From: Tannerellaceae bacterium
GTDB taxonomy: Bacteria > Bacteroidota > Bacteroidia > Bacteroidales > Tannerellaceae
Length of the DNA stretch: 64,000 nucleotides
NCBI GenBank assembly: GCA_031278605.1
Contig: JAITKB010000067.1
Location: forward strand, 4,887 to 68,886
Direction of reading: 5' to 3'
Position 1 is the first letter of the stretch, and every line of letters begins with the position of its first letter. A program made the translations under genes and the position numbers. A model generated the notes under the pieces. It saw only the letters and a program-made list of their open reading frames with translations, made no database searches and was not told where the DNA came from. Positions 28,623 through 39,228 of this stretch are shown piece after piece.

Positions 28623-30641
28623 ATGGTAGAATCACTCCATTTAATAATGAACGACCCCTGGCTCGCTCCTTACGAAACCGCCATAAACGGACGGTATCAA
28701 TACGTCCTCCATAAGGAAAAAGAATTGACCGACAAGGCAAGGCAATCCCTGAGCGCCTTTGCCTCCGGATACCTTTACTTCGGATTGCACAAACTCCCCG
28801 CAGGATGGGTGTTTCGCGAATGGGCGCCCAATGCTACGGCAATCTATCTGGTAGGCACATTCAATAACTGGCGCAAGGACGAACGATACGAAATGTCCCG
28901 CAAGGAAGATGGTAACTGGGAAATTGTACTGGAAGAAGACGACCTGCACCACGAAGACCTATTCAAATTGCTTATGCAATGGGAAGGAGGAAGCGGCGAA
29001 CGCATACCCGCCTGGAGCCGCAGGGTAGTGCAAGATGAACATACCAAAATATTCTGCGCACAGGTTTGGAATCCAGCCAAGCCGTATGTCTTTAAAAACA
29101 AGAATTTCATACCCGATACCTCCCCGTTACTCATTTATGAATGCCATATCGGAATGAGTACGGAAGAAGAAACCGTCGGTACATATCGGGAGTTCCGCAC
29201 CCGGATATTGCCGCGTATCGCAAACGACGGCTACAACGCCATCCAGATTATGGCCATACAGGAACATCCCTATTACGGGTCATTCGGCTATCATGTAAGT
29301 AGTTTTTTCTCAGCCTCGTCGCGTTTTGGAACACCTGAAGAATTAAAGGAACTTATTGACGAGGCTCATGCGCTGGGTGTTGCCGTCATTATGGATATTG
29401 TACACAGCCATGCCGTAAAAAATGAAGTGGAAGGCTTGGGAAGATTCGATGGGTCCTACGATCAATACTTCTTCACAGGCAATCGGCGGGAACATCCGGC
29501 CTGGGATTCCTTGTGCTTCAACTATGGGAAAAACGAAGTGCTCCACTTCCTGCTCTCCAATTGCAAATTCTGGCTGGAGGAATACCGCTTCGACGGTTTC
29601 CGCTTCGACGGAGTGACCTCAATGCTGTATTACAGCCACGGACTGGGAGAAAATTTTACCCATTACGCCGACTATTACAACGGACATCAGGATGGCGATG
29701 CAATCATGTATCTCACCTTAGCCAATAAACTCGTACACGAAGTGAATCCCTCGGCCATCACCATTGCCGAGGAGGTAAGCGGTATGCCCGGATTAGCCGT
29801 TAAACCCGAAGACGGAGGCTACGGATTCGATTACCGCATGGCAATGAATATACCCGACTACTGGATTAAAACCATCAAAGAGAAAAAAGATGAAGAATGG
29901 CTTCCTTCGTCTGTCTGGTGGGAAACAACCAACCGGCGGGCAGACGAAAAAACCATCAGCTATGTCGAAAGTCACGACCAGGCATTAGTGGGAGACAAAA
30001 CCGTTATCTTCCGCTTGATTGACGCCGAAATGTACTGGCACATGCAAAAAGACGACCGTAATTTTAAGGTAGACCGGGGAATGGCTTTGCATAAAATGAT
30101 TCGATTGATAACGGCATCAACAATTAATGGAGGATACCTCAATTTCATGGGCAACGAGTTCGGACATCCCGAATGGATTGACTTTCCGCGTGACGGCAAT
30201 AATTGGTCCTACCAATATGCTCGCCGTCAGTGGCACCTGGTAGACGATATAAACCTTAAATACCATTACCTGGGGAACTTTGATCGCGAGATGATTTCAT
30301 TAATTAAGAGTGAAAGAGATTTTCAACGCTTGCAGCTTCTTAAAATATGGGATAACGACGGCGATCAAATACTCGCCTATATGCGTAAGAATCTGTTGTT
30401 TGTATTCAATTTCAATCCGATTCTTTCTTTTACCGATTACGGGCTTCTCACCCCACAAGGAGAATACGAAGTGATACTGAATACGGATGCCCGGCAATTT
30501 GGCGGTTTCGGACTGACCGATGATACAATTCACCATTTTACACTGCCGGATCCTCTCTACGCAAAAGAAAAAAAAGAATGGCTAAAGCTGTATATCCCTG
30601 CCCGCAGTGCGGTCGTATTAAAAAGAATCGTGAATCATTGA
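28623..30641 (+). CDS. glgB: 1,4-alpha-glucan branching enzyme (GH13_8)
   Basis: FREWAPNA, IYECHIGM, QEHPYYGSFGYHV, DGFRFDGVTSM, IAEEVSGMP, YVESHDQALVGDKT, FMGNEFGHPEWIDFPR. Confidence 0.96.
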   Translation: MVESLHLIMNDPWLAPYETAINGRYQYVLHKEKELTDKARQSLSAFASGYLYFGLHKLPAGWVFREWAPNATAIYLVGTFNNWRKDERYEMSRKEDGNWEIVLEEDDLHHEDLFKLLMQWEGGSGERIPAWSRRVVQDEHTKIFCAQVWNPAKPYVFKNKNFIPDTSPLLIYECHIGMSTEEETVGTYREFRTRILPRIANDGYNAIQIMAIQEHPYYGSFGYHVSSFFSASSRFGTPEELKELIDEAHALGVAVIMDIVHSHAVKNEVEGLGRFDGSYDQYFFTGNRREHPAWDSLCFNYGKNEVLHFLLSNCKFWLEEYRFDGFRFDGVTSMLYYSHGLGENFTHYADYYNGHQDGDAIMYLTLANKLVHEVNPSAITIAEEVSGMPGLAVKPEDGGYGFDYRMAMNIPDYWIKTIKEKKDEEWLPSSVWWETTNRRADEKTISYVESHDQALVGDKTVIFRLIDAEMYWHMQKDDRNFKVDRGMALHKMIRLITASTINGGYLNFMGNEFGHPEWIDFPRDGNNWSYQYARRQWHLVDDINLKYHYLGNFDREMISLIKSERDFQRLQLLKIWDNDGDQILAYMRKNLLFVFNFNPILSFTDYGLLTPQGEYEVILNTDARQFGGFGLTDDTIHHFTLPDPLYAKEKKEWLKLYIPARSAVVLKRIVNH

Positions 30642-30644
30642 ATC

Positions 30645-31619
30645 ATGTTATATCCAATTACATTCCAACCTATCTTAAAAAAAATTATCTGGGGGGGAGC
30701 CGATATATGCCCTTTCAAAGGCATTATTCCTGCCCAGGACGGTATAGGCGAAAGCTGGGAACTATCGCATGTGGACAAGCATTATTCCGTAGTAAATAAC
30801 GGCTTTCTGGAAGGAAAAAACCTGGACGAACTCATCCGCACTTACGGCAAACAATTGGCAGGAGAAAGGGTAGTGAAGCTATTCGGAAATACCTTTCCGC
30901 TGCTGATTAAGTTTATCGACGCCAAAGATAAACTCTCTATTCAAGTACATCCGGACGATGCGTTGGCAAAAAAACGCCACAACTCCTTTGGCAAAACCGA
31001 AATGTGGTATGTGATACATGCAACCCAAGGGGCTAGTCTCTATTCCGGATTTTCCAGGCAGATAGATGCCGGCGAATACGTAAAACGGGTGGAAAACAAT
31101 ACCATTATGGAGGTATTGCAACGCTACGAAGTAAAAGCGGGGGATGTATTTTTCCTCCCGGCCGGCCGCGTACATGCCATCGGTGCCGGTTGTTTCATCG
31201 CCGAAATCCAGCAAACCAGCAACATAACCTATCGCATATACGACTACAATCGCAAAGATGCAAACGGCAACGGACGCGAATTGCATACCGAACTTGCCAA
31301 AGACGCAATAGACTATACACTCCACCCCGACTATCGTACACCTTACGAACCGCAGAAAGACACCGTAATTCCTCTGGTAAATTGCAAATATTTCACCACA
31401 AACCTGCTGGATTTAACCGCCAAAATGATACGTGATTTCTCCGCCCTGGATTCTTTCGTCGTCTACATCTGTATGGAAGGAAAAACCCTCCTTAGCGACA
31501 ACAAAGGAAACGAATTGCTTCTACTCGGGGGGAAAACCGCCCTCATCCCAGCCGACACAAAACAAATCACCCTCACTCCTTCACCTAATGCGAAATTGAT
31601 GGAAACATATATTGGATGA
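30645..31619 (+). CDS. manA: Mannose-6-phosphate isomerase, class I
   Basis: IWGG, GESWELS, FPLLIKFIDA, LSIQVHP, KTEMWY, HAIG, EIQQ.S.ITYRIYDY. Confidence 0.94.
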   Translation: MLYPITFQPILKKIIWGGADICPFKGIIPAQDGIGESWELSHVDKHYSVVNNGFLEGKNLDELIRTYGKQLAGERVVKLFGNTFPLLIKFIDAKDKLSIQVHPDDALAKKRHNSFGKTEMWYVIHATQGASLYSGFSRQIDAGEYVKRVENNTIMEVLQRYEVKAGDVFFLPAGRVHAIGAGCFIAEIQQTSNITYRIYDYNRKDANGNGRELHTELAKDAIDYTLHPDYRTPYEPQKDTVIPLVNCKYFTTNLLDLTAKMIRDFSALDSFVVYICMEGKTLLSDNKGNELLLLGGKTALIPADTKQITLTPSPNAKLMETYIG

Positions 31620-31859
31620 AACAGCACACTTCGGATGATAGAGATGCATCTTTTGCCAGAGGCCTGTTTTCCATTTCTTTACTATCATTCGCAAAACGGA
31701 TCCCGTATCACAAGGATATATGAAAAATAATATTAATTTTGTTCCTCATGGAACGAAGATGTAAAAAGCAGTTTACGCCTAAAGCCGTAATTAGAGGAAA
31801 AAGCAGAGTTTATTAAGGTGTTATTTATTATTCGCATGAAAACAAAAGAATAAGATTTT

Positions 31860-32618
31860 ATGAAAGAAAAAAATAATGTATTTGAGCGTTTTCGGAATTC
31901 TTTTTGCAGATTGAACGGGCATTTCCATGTCTTGGAACAGCGTATTCCGATAGAAGTACAGATAGAATATTTTAAATATTCCGAGCAAATGCGTAAAAAT
32001 TATGCAAAAATGACGGAAGAAGAATATTACATCTATATGCATAGTCTGTCTAATGAGACGCTTTCGTCCGACCATAAAAAATATATACTTACCTCCTTAG
32101 CTATTTCAAGCGATGTCCGAGCGTATCGTTTTCTGGAAGATTATGCGCAACATCCGGAAGCGGATATAGCCCACTGGGCTTATATGGCTTTGATGGAAAG
32201 CCGCATTTCACTTGAATCGGAATTATTGGAAGAAAAACAAATATATATATCCACCGGCTTGGGTGGAAAAGGAGAAAAATTGCGTTTCTATGTTTTAATC
32301 ATAGCGTTAAAAGAAGAACCGTTTCAAGAATATCAACGCCAAACAATTGAAAGTGAGTTTACTTATTATCTTCCGTCTGAAGATATTGAAATAGAACGTC
32401 TCACCATATACGATTCATACGTCGAACTAGTACTCCTGATTCCGGTACGAAAAGACATCAAAACCATACTCGACAACATAATAGCCGAATGTAACCAATA
32501 TGGTAACTTTCTTTCAAATATCATAACCGTAACAAATGTGAAAGAACTATCTGCCGACGAAGTAGCAGAGATTATCCAGACAAGATATGCAGACAAAAAC
32601 AATAAAGCAGGCCATTAA
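31860..32618 (+). CDS. Hypothetical protein, apparently conserved in Bacteroidales
   Basis: 252 aa ORF with normal composition and the segment YISTGLGGKGEKLRF; first gene of a three-gene run. Confidence 0.75.
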   Translation: MKEKNNVFERFRNSFCRLNGHFHVLEQRIPIEVQIEYFKYSEQMRKNYAKMTEEEYYIYMHSLSNETLSSDHKKYILTSLAISSDVRAYRFLEDYAQHPEADIAHWAYMALMESRISLESELLEEKQIYISTGLGGKGEKLRFYVLIIALKEEPFQEYQRQTIESEFTYYLPSEDIEIERLTIYDSYVELVLLIPVRKDIKTILDNIIAECNQYGNFLSNIITVTNVKELSADEVAEIIQTRYADKNNKAGH

Positions 32619-32979
32619 ATATGGGATTGTCGGTTTGAGTAACACTTTGTTGTCACTTTTGGTTATTTGGTTGATGATGAAAGTATTTAGATATTCGGAT
32701 GTTGTGTCGAATATCACGGGATACGTTGCCGGCTTTCTCAATAGTTTTATCTGGAATAAAAAATGGACGTTCAAGAGTTCCGATTCCTGGCAAGGGAGTG
32801 TTGTCCGCTTTGCCCTTGTATTCGGGATTTGCTTTTTCCTGCAATTGCAAATACTATTATATCTCAACGCTCATCTGACTGTTGACACCTATTATAACCA
32901 GATAGTAGCCATGGTTTTCTATACGGCCTTCAATTTTCTGCTGAACAAATATTTTACTTTCAAAAAACAACAGGAATGA
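32587..32979 (+). CDS. GtrA family flippase-like membrane protein
   Basis: KYGIVGLSNT, NSFIWNKKWTF, FNFLLNKYFTF; four TM segments. Confidence 0.92.
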   Translation: MQTKTIKQAIKYGIVGLSNTLLSLLVIWLMMKVFRYSDVVSNITGYVAGFLNSFIWNKKWTFKSSDSWQGSVVRFALVFGICFFLQLQILLYLNAHLTVDTYYNQIVAMVFYTAFNFLLNKYFTFKKQQE

Positions 32980-33914
32980 AAAAACTTACTATCATTATTC
33001 CCTGCTATAACGAAGAAGAAGTTATCATGGAATCATACCGGCGCACAAAACAAGTCATGCTTTCACTTCCCAATCCTTCGGAAATCATATACATTAACGA
33101 TGGCAGTCAGGATAAAACACGACTACTGCTAAACAAAATAGCCGACTCAGACCCTGATGTGAAAATTATTCATTTCTCCCGTAACTTCGGGCATCAGCCG
33201 GCCGTAACAGCAGGAATCAATCATTGTACGAGCGATTTTGCCATTATCATGGATGCCGATCTGCAAGACCCGCCGGAGTTAATTCCGCAAATAATGGCAT
33301 TGCAGGAACAGGAACAGGCCAATGTGGTGTATTGCGTCCGCAAATCTCGCGAGGGAGACCATTTCTTTAAACGTCTCACTGCGAAATTGTTTTATCGCAT
33401 AATGAATTCAATGAGTGAAATAAAGTTTCCTTTCGATACGGGAGATTTTCGCTTGATAGACCGTAAAATAATGGACGAATTTGGGCATCTGAAAGAACGA
33501 GGCAAGTACATACGTGGGTTGATTAGTTGGATTGGCCTCAAGCAAGTGCCGTTTTATTATAAACACGAAGCGCGCGTAGCCGGAAAAACCAAATACCCTT
33601 TCGGCAAAATGCTTCGATTCGCTTCAAATGCTGTGCTGTATTTTTCAAACAAACCTCTTAAACTAGCGATGAGTCTGGGCTTCACGGCTGTCGTAATCGG
33701 ACTTATCCTCGCTACCTGGTTCACCCTTGGGAAAATATATGGTTTCAACAAGGCCGAATCGGGCTGGACATCTATTGTCAGCATGATCGTTTTCTTTGGT
33801 GGCGTACAACTTTTAACGGTTGGCGTTTTAGGACAATACATCGGAGTTCTTTTCAATGAAATCAAAGCCCGCCCGGAATATATCATTGAAGAAGAACGTA
33901 ACTTTGAAGTGTGA
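32976..33914 (+). CDS. GT2 bactoprenol glycosyltransferase (GtrB/DPM-like)
   Basis: IIIPCYNEE, INDGSQD, FSRNFGHQ, MDADLQDPPE, DTGDFRL, two C-terminal TM segments, RPEYII. Confidence 0.93.
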   Translation: MKKLTIIIPCYNEEEVIMESYRRTKQVMLSLPNPSEIIYINDGSQDKTRLLLNKIADSDPDVKIIHFSRNFGHQPAVTAGINHCTSDFAIIMDADLQDPPELIPQIMALQEQEQANVVYCVRKSREGDHFFKRLTAKLFYRIMNSMSEIKFPFDTGDFRLIDRKIMDEFGHLKERGKYIRGLISWIGLKQVPFYYKHEARVAGKTKYPFGKMLRFASNAVLYFSNKPLKLAMSLGFTAVVIGLILATWFTLGKIYGFNKAESGWTSIVSMIVFFGGVQLLTVGVLGQYIGVLFNEIKARPEYIIEEERNFEV

Positions 33915-34457
33915 TATTCGACAGCTTCTTCTTTTCAATAAATTCCATATCGTTTTTATTCCATATAAAAAGAGGATCATTAAATGACAATCTTCTGATC
34001 TTAGTAGAATTGTCTACGTGTATTGATGATATATCAGTTTACAAATCATATATCACAATCAAAAAGCAAACCCGGTTAACCGATAGATACAAGGGTGATA
34101 AATACAAACAATAAACAAACTCCACATACGGATGATTTTAATTCAATTATTCCAATAAATATGTATTTATCACCATATTATAACGCATACAGAAGGAATT
34201 CATATAATATATTTTTAATTAAACATTAAATACATTTTGATTATATTCTTTTCATTGTTGATGCAATATTGTTTTGATTGTATTGAATTGTTGAGTTTAC
34301 ATTGTTGCCTAATTGTTTCTTCTGTTCACAACTGTGTATAAAGTATGCGCGGGATTATATAGTTTTTGTGTCGGTGCTAAACAAAAGATAGACAATTGTG
34401 GATAATGGCTATGGCTTCAAATGAGAAGAGTTAAAAATGCAGAAGAGACGGTAGTCT

Positions 34458-35770
34458 GTCTTTGCCTCCAATGCGGTGGACAATTGGAACGCGAGCGCTA
34501 CGTCGGAGTTTATGTTTAACCAGACAGTAACAAAAGATGGCGTTTCCGAGCTGTGGACTTATTCCCCTTTGAAGTATTGGCCGACATCGGGTAATACGCT
34601 CTCGTTTTTTGCGGTAACTCCTTCGCCTTCTTTGTAGGAGAATGGCATTAGCGTGGCAACAACTGCAAATACGGCGGGATACCCGGCCCTTGAGGTTACG
34701 CCTCCGGAAAATCCTGCCAAGCAGGTTGACCTTTGTCTGGCCACTGCCATGAACCGGACTTACGACACGGACGGCGGGAAAGTGTCGCTTGAGTTCAATC
34801 ACGCTATGGCGCAAATTACGTTCGCGGCGAAGTGCAAACTTCACAACGGTACCTTTCCGGAGGTCTATATCGACCAAATTAAACTCTCCGGACTGCGGAA
34901 TAGCAACACCGTGCGATTTAGCGAAACCGGCTATGCATGGGATGCGCCAACGGCGAATGGTAATACAAGGATCAGTTATACGCTCATAACCGGTGGCGAT
35001 CTGACTACTTCTGTTATCCCCCAATACAATATGGATGAACCCACTCCCAATGTGATCTCCACCACGCAGGGGATACTCTGCCTGCTACCGCAAAAGATAC
35101 CGGGCCAAACAATTCGGGTGAAGATAACCACCCGGATAGACGGCATCAGTTGGACAAGCGGAATTTACCTGCCGGCGGGGGAATGGCTGGCAGGGGAGCG
35201 TTACACGTACAACCTCCTGCTAAATGTAGGCGTATGGGATTTTGGATTTACCAATACGATAGAAAAGTTTACCGCGCCGGTGGACGGAACATACCGCCCG
35301 GAAGCTTGGGGGGCACAGGGTGGTGGGCTTTACGAGGGTAGTCTTGGCGGCCCCTTCACGCCGGGAGACTATGCCAGAGGATGCATCACACTTACTGCCA
35401 ACCAGCAGCTGTATGTTTGTGTCGGCAGCAATGGGAAAAAACCCGGCGGAGGCAGTGGAGGCTTCGGGGCAAGGGTATCGCCGCCAACTACCACGCCGGT
35501 GCAGGTGGTGGTGCGGCTTCTGATGTGCGAACCACAGACGTAAACATTACCGGCATGAATTTGGATTCAGACACAAATTCCGTCGACAGCCGCATCGTTG
35601 TTGCCGGAGGCGCCGGAGGCCAAGCATTGTATCCCAGGGATCTCTCTATCGCCAGCCCGCTACACACAGCGGATGGGGGCGATGGCAGCAACGGGGTTAG
35701 TGGAAATTGGCAGAACGGTTACTACGCGGTTTGTAGACGCATCACTAAGCGACCGCGACATGAAGAAGGA
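34458..35770 (+). pseudogene. Degraded fimbrillin (Mfa1-like) gene fused to a glycine-rich domain
   Basis: In frame with ORF 34653: VFA..W....FMFNQ...WTYSPLKYWP...LSFFA, interrupted by TAG at 34635 and preceded by TAG at 34452. Then FNHAMAQI, GERYTYNL and EAWGAQGG. The glycine-rich domain (GGGAASDVR..SRIVVAGGAGG) continues in another frame after about 35460. Confidence 0.78.
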
Positions 35771-35836
35771 GGTAAATGCCGGCGACGGAAAGGTACGAAT
35801 CACCCTTTTACCTTCGCCTCCACCTTTCTGACAGAT

Positions 35837-35889
35837 TTCGTCCCCGCCCCCTCCCCGCCCCCGGAAGGAGGGGGCGGGGGGGGGACGAA
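35837..35889. terminator. GC-rich hairpin at the 3' end of the queuosine transporter gene
   Basis: TTCGTCCCC...GGGGACGAA and CCCCGCCCCCTCC...GGAGGGGGCGGGG inverted repeats immediately after the stop at 35892. There is no clear U-tract. Confidence 0.45.
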
Positions 35890-35891
35890 TC

Positions 35892-36572
35892 TTAAATATC
35901 CTTTATATGTAGTATGTTGTACGAGGTATTTACGTCATAGACATCCTGGCCGTCTACTTTTTTGATGTATTTCACAACCCGGATGGTCAAGGGGAGGGCA
36001 AAAACCTCGTATAGGGATTTGAGGAAGGCTTGTGTTCCTATCATGATCAGCAATTCAGGGAAAGGGACCAAGCCTCCAAAGGCGATTGGGAAAAATATCA
36101 GCGAATCGGCGCTTTCTCCTGCAAGCGTAGAAACAATTGCCCGAAGCGAAAAACGTTTGCCACGGGAGAGGATCTTCATCCGGCTCATCACATAGGCGTT
36201 GATAAAGGAACCTGTCAGGAAGGCAATCAAGCTGGCAACGGCAATGCGAGGCGCCAGACCGAATACAAAATTGAAGGCTTCTTCGCCTTCCCAAAACGAA
36301 GGGGCAGGAATTCGTACGGCGAGTTGGGAAAAAGCGATCAACAGGAAGTTGGAAGCAAATCCGCACCAGATAATCAAACGGGCTTTTTTAAAGCCCCATA
36401 CCTCGGCAATACAGTCGTTGAGGATGTACGAGAGGGGGAAAATCAACAGCCCCGCCGTAGCCGTAAAGCCGAAGAGTTGAATCACTTTTATCTCTAAAAG
36501 ATTGGAGGTTACTAAGCATATATTGAATAATATGCCTGTTAGCATGAAAGAAACTGTTACTGTTTTTTGCAT
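35892..36572 (-). CDS. yhhQ: Queuosine precursor transporter (VUT/YhhQ family)
   Basis: SNLL..K, FPLSYILNDCIAEVWG, RIAVASLIAF, RAIVSTLAGE.ADS.IF..IAF. Confidence 0.9.
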   Translation of the reverse strand: MQKTVTVSFMLTGILFNICLVTSNLLEIKVIQLFGFTATAGLLIFPLSYILNDCIAEVWGFKKARLIIWCGFASNFLLIAFSQLAVRIPAPSFWEGEEAFNFVFGLAPRIAVASLIAFLTGSFINAYVMSRMKILSRGKRFSLRAIVSTLAGESADSLIFFPIAFGGLVPFPELLIMIGTQAFLKSLYEVFALPLTIRVVKYIKKVDGQDVYDVNTSYNILHIKDI

Positions 36573-36576
36573 ATTT

Positions 36577-36629
36577 CTTGTTTTTTACGTGGTTGAACAA
36601 GCACACGGGTGGGATGTTACACCCACCGG
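36577..36629 (-). ncRNA. Candidate preQ1-I-like riboswitch in the yhhQ 5' UTR
   Basis: Minus strand reads CCGGTGGG-TGTAACAT-CCCACC then CGTG-TGCTTGTTCAAC-CACG-TAAAAAACAAG. The short stem has an A-rich tail, and loop CTTG can pair with tail CAAG. It ends 4 nt before the ATG. Promoter TACCTTTG at 36657-36664. Confidence 0.55.
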
Positions 36630-36731
36630 ATACATGTTGAATGATTTTATTTCGGGCAAAGGTAAAACGAAACTGTTTTTAAATGTTACTTTTGCGAATA
36701 ATAAAAAAAACAACGATTACTGCCGATTAAG

Positions 36732-37964
36732 ATGAAAAACATTAGTTTCGAGGCCCAATTGCTTCACATTCCTTATGAGAAACCGGATATTTATCATGCG
36801 CTGTCCATGCCTGTATACCACGCGGTAGCCTATGAATTTGAAACGGCCGAAGCCATGGAAGAAGCCTTCTGCGGGCGAACAAAAGACCATTGCTATTCGA
36901 GAATTACGAACCCCACCGTACAATATTTTGAAGACCGGGTACGCTCCGTAACGGATGCCTTGAGCGTAACGGCGCTCAATTCGGGCATGGCAGCCATCAG
37001 CAATACGTTTCTTACCCTGGCTTATGCCGGTTCCAATATCGTTACGTCCCCGCATCTGTTTGGGAACACTTATTCGTTCCTGAAAAACACCTTAGCCGCC
37101 CTGGGGGTAGAGGCGCGTTTCTGTGATTTGACGAATCCGGAGGAAGTCCGCGCCCGGATTGACGAGCATACGTGCGCCATTTTTCTGGAAACAATTACCA
37201 ACCCGCAGATGGAAATTGCCGATTTGAAAGCCTTGTCCGGGATTGGACAAGCTGCCGGCGTCCCCTTGATAGCAGATTCTACGGTTGTGCCTTTTCCTTT
37301 TTTCCGGGCCAGGGCATACGGCGTGGATATAGAGCTTATTTCCTCCACCAAATACCTCTCGGGAGGAGCCACCGGCCTGGGGGGGCTGATTATAGATTAC
37401 GGAAGTTTCGACTGGTCGCGTTCGCCGGTATTGAAATCCTGGTGCGGGACAGAGGGGAAGGAAGCTTTTACCAGCCGGATGCGGAGAGAAGTGCATCGCA
37501 ACGTCGGCGCTTACCTGACGCCTCAGGCGGCCTATATGCAGACGCTGGGTATGGAAACGCTGAAACTCCGGTTCATGCAACAGGCCACGACCTGTTTGGA
37601 GTTGGCCCAAAGCCTGCAGGAAACCAAAGGTATCGTGGCGGTGAATCATACGGGATTGGAGGATAATCCCTTCCATGCCATTAGCCAAAAGCAGTTCGGC
37701 TCTTATCCCGGCGCCATGCTTACGTTTGATCTTTCTTCGCGGCAAGCCTGCTTCAGTTTCCTGAACAAACTGAAACTCATCCGGCGGGCCACCAACCTCT
37801 TCGACAATAAATCGCTGATCATCCACCCGGCCAGCACCATCTACGGCAATTTTACGGAAGACATACGCCAAATCATGCACGTAAAACAGCAAACCATCCG
37901 TCTTTCCGTTGGACTGGAGCAGAGGGATGATTTGCTGGATGATATTACCCGGGCGCTTGCCTGA
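36732..37964 (+). CDS. O-acetylhomoserine aminocarboxypropyltransferase / Cys-Met metabolism PLP enzyme
   Basis: YSRITNPTV, SGMAAI, LETITNP, SSTKYLSG (PLP lysine), NLFDNKSLIIHPAST, IRLSVGLE. Confidence 0.9.
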   Translation: MKNISFEAQLLHIPYEKPDIYHALSMPVYHAVAYEFETAEAMEEAFCGRTKDHCYSRITNPTVQYFEDRVRSVTDALSVTALNSGMAAISNTFLTLAYAGSNIVTSPHLFGNTYSFLKNTLAALGVEARFCDLTNPEEVRARIDEHTCAIFLETITNPQMEIADLKALSGIGQAAGVPLIADSTVVPFPFFRARAYGVDIELISSTKYLSGGATGLGGLIIDYGSFDWSRSPVLKSWCGTEGKEAFTSRMRREVHRNVGAYLTPQAAYMQTLGMETLKLRFMQQATTCLELAQSLQETKGIVAVNHTGLEDNPFHAISQKQFGSYPGAMLTFDLSSRQACFSFLNKLKLIRRATNLFDNKSLIIHPASTIYGNFTEDIRQIMHVKQQTIRLSVGLEQRDDLLDDITRALA

Positions 37965-37973
37965 GCGTTGACT

Positions 37974-39200
37974 TTATAACCTACGGGTGAGTCGCTCCAC
38001 GGCCTCCAGGGTATCTTCCCGAAGGCCAAAGGCCGTCAGGCGCAGATAGCCTTCTCCGCTGGGGCCGAAACCCAGTCCGGGAGTGCCTACGAGGTTTACT
38101 TCGTGCAGCAACTGCTCGAAAAATTCCCAGGAGGACAATCCCCCCGGCGTTTTCAGCCAGATGTAGGGAGCGTTTTCGCCGCCGTAGACCTCCAGGCCGC
38201 AGTTCGACAAACCTTCCCGAAGAATTCCGGCATTGGTCATATAATAATCAATCAAGGCTTTCACCTGTTGTTTTCCCTGGGGGGAATACACGGCTTCGGC
38301 TCCCCGTTGGGTGATGTAGCTTGCGCCGTTGAACTTGGTGGTAAAGCGGCGGTTCCACAAGGCATTCAGGGACACCTTTTCGCCTGCCTGCGTGAAGGCT
38401 TTCACGCTCTTGGGCACTACGCTGAATCCGCAACGGACGCCGGTGAAACCGGCGGTTTTGGAAAAACTTCGGAACTCGATTGCCACCTGTTCGGCTCCGG
38501 GGATTTCGTAGATGGAATGGGGGATGTCGGGATCTTGGATATAGGCTTCGTAGGCGGCGTCGTACAGGATCAGCGTTTCGTTTTCGAGTGCATAATCCAC
38601 CCATTTCTTCAGTTCTTCACGCCCCAGGGTGGTTCCGGTGGGGTTGTTGGGATAGCAGAGGTAAAGCATATCCACCCGACGTGCGGGCAGTTCCGGGACG
38701 AAGCGGTTCTCCGCCGTGCAGGGGAGGTAGACCACTTCGCTCCATTTTCCGTCGGCAAACTTCCCGGCGCGACCGGCCATTACGTTGGTATCTATATAGA
38801 CCGGATAGACCGGATCGGTTACGGCGATGCGGTTTTCCTTTCGGAGAATGTCGCCGATATTTCCCGTGTCGCATTTGGCGCCGTCGCTAACGAATACTTC
38901 GTCGGCGCCGAATGTGATGCCGCGGGCTTCGAAATCGTTTGCCCGGATGGCGTCTATGAGGAAGGGGTAGCCTTGTTCGGGGCCGTATCCGCGGAAGGTG
39001 CTTTGTTGGCCCAGATCCTCCACGGCCCGGTGCATGGCTTGCCGGACGGCTTCCGCCAGGGGTTGCGTCACGTCGCCGATGCCCAGGCGGATCAGCCTGC
39101 TACCGGGATGGGTTGCCTGATAGTGATTCACTTTCTTTGCAATATCGGCAAAGAGGTAATTGTTTTGCAGTTTCAGAAAATGTTCGTTTACGAATGCCAT
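37974..39200 (-). CDS. dapL: LL-diaminopimelate aminotransferase
   Basis: [54 protein letters not shown]. Start taken as MAFVNE (39200). Confidence 0.96.
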   Translation of the reverse strand: MAFVNEHFLKLQNNYLFADIAKKVNHYQATHPGSRLIRLGIGDVTQPLAEAVRQAMHRAVEDLGQQSTFRGYGPEQGYPFLIDAIRANDFEARGITFGADEVFVSDGAKCDTGNIGDILRKENRIAVTDPVYPVYIDTNVMAGRAGKFADGKWSEVVYLPCTAENRFVPELPARRVDMLYLCYPNNPTGTTLGREELKKWVDYALENETLILYDAAYEAYIQDPDIPHSIYEIPGAEQVAIEFRSFSKTAGFTGVRCGFSVVPKSVKAFTQAGEKVSLNALWNRRFTTKFNGASYITQRGAEAVYSPQGKQQVKALIDYYMTNAGILREGLSNCGLEVYGGENAPYIWLKTPGGLSSWEFFEQLLHEVNLVGTPGLGFGPSGEGYLRLTAFGLREDTLEAVERLTRRL

Positions 39201-39228
39201 GTTATGTTGTTTTACTTCATGATCTTGT

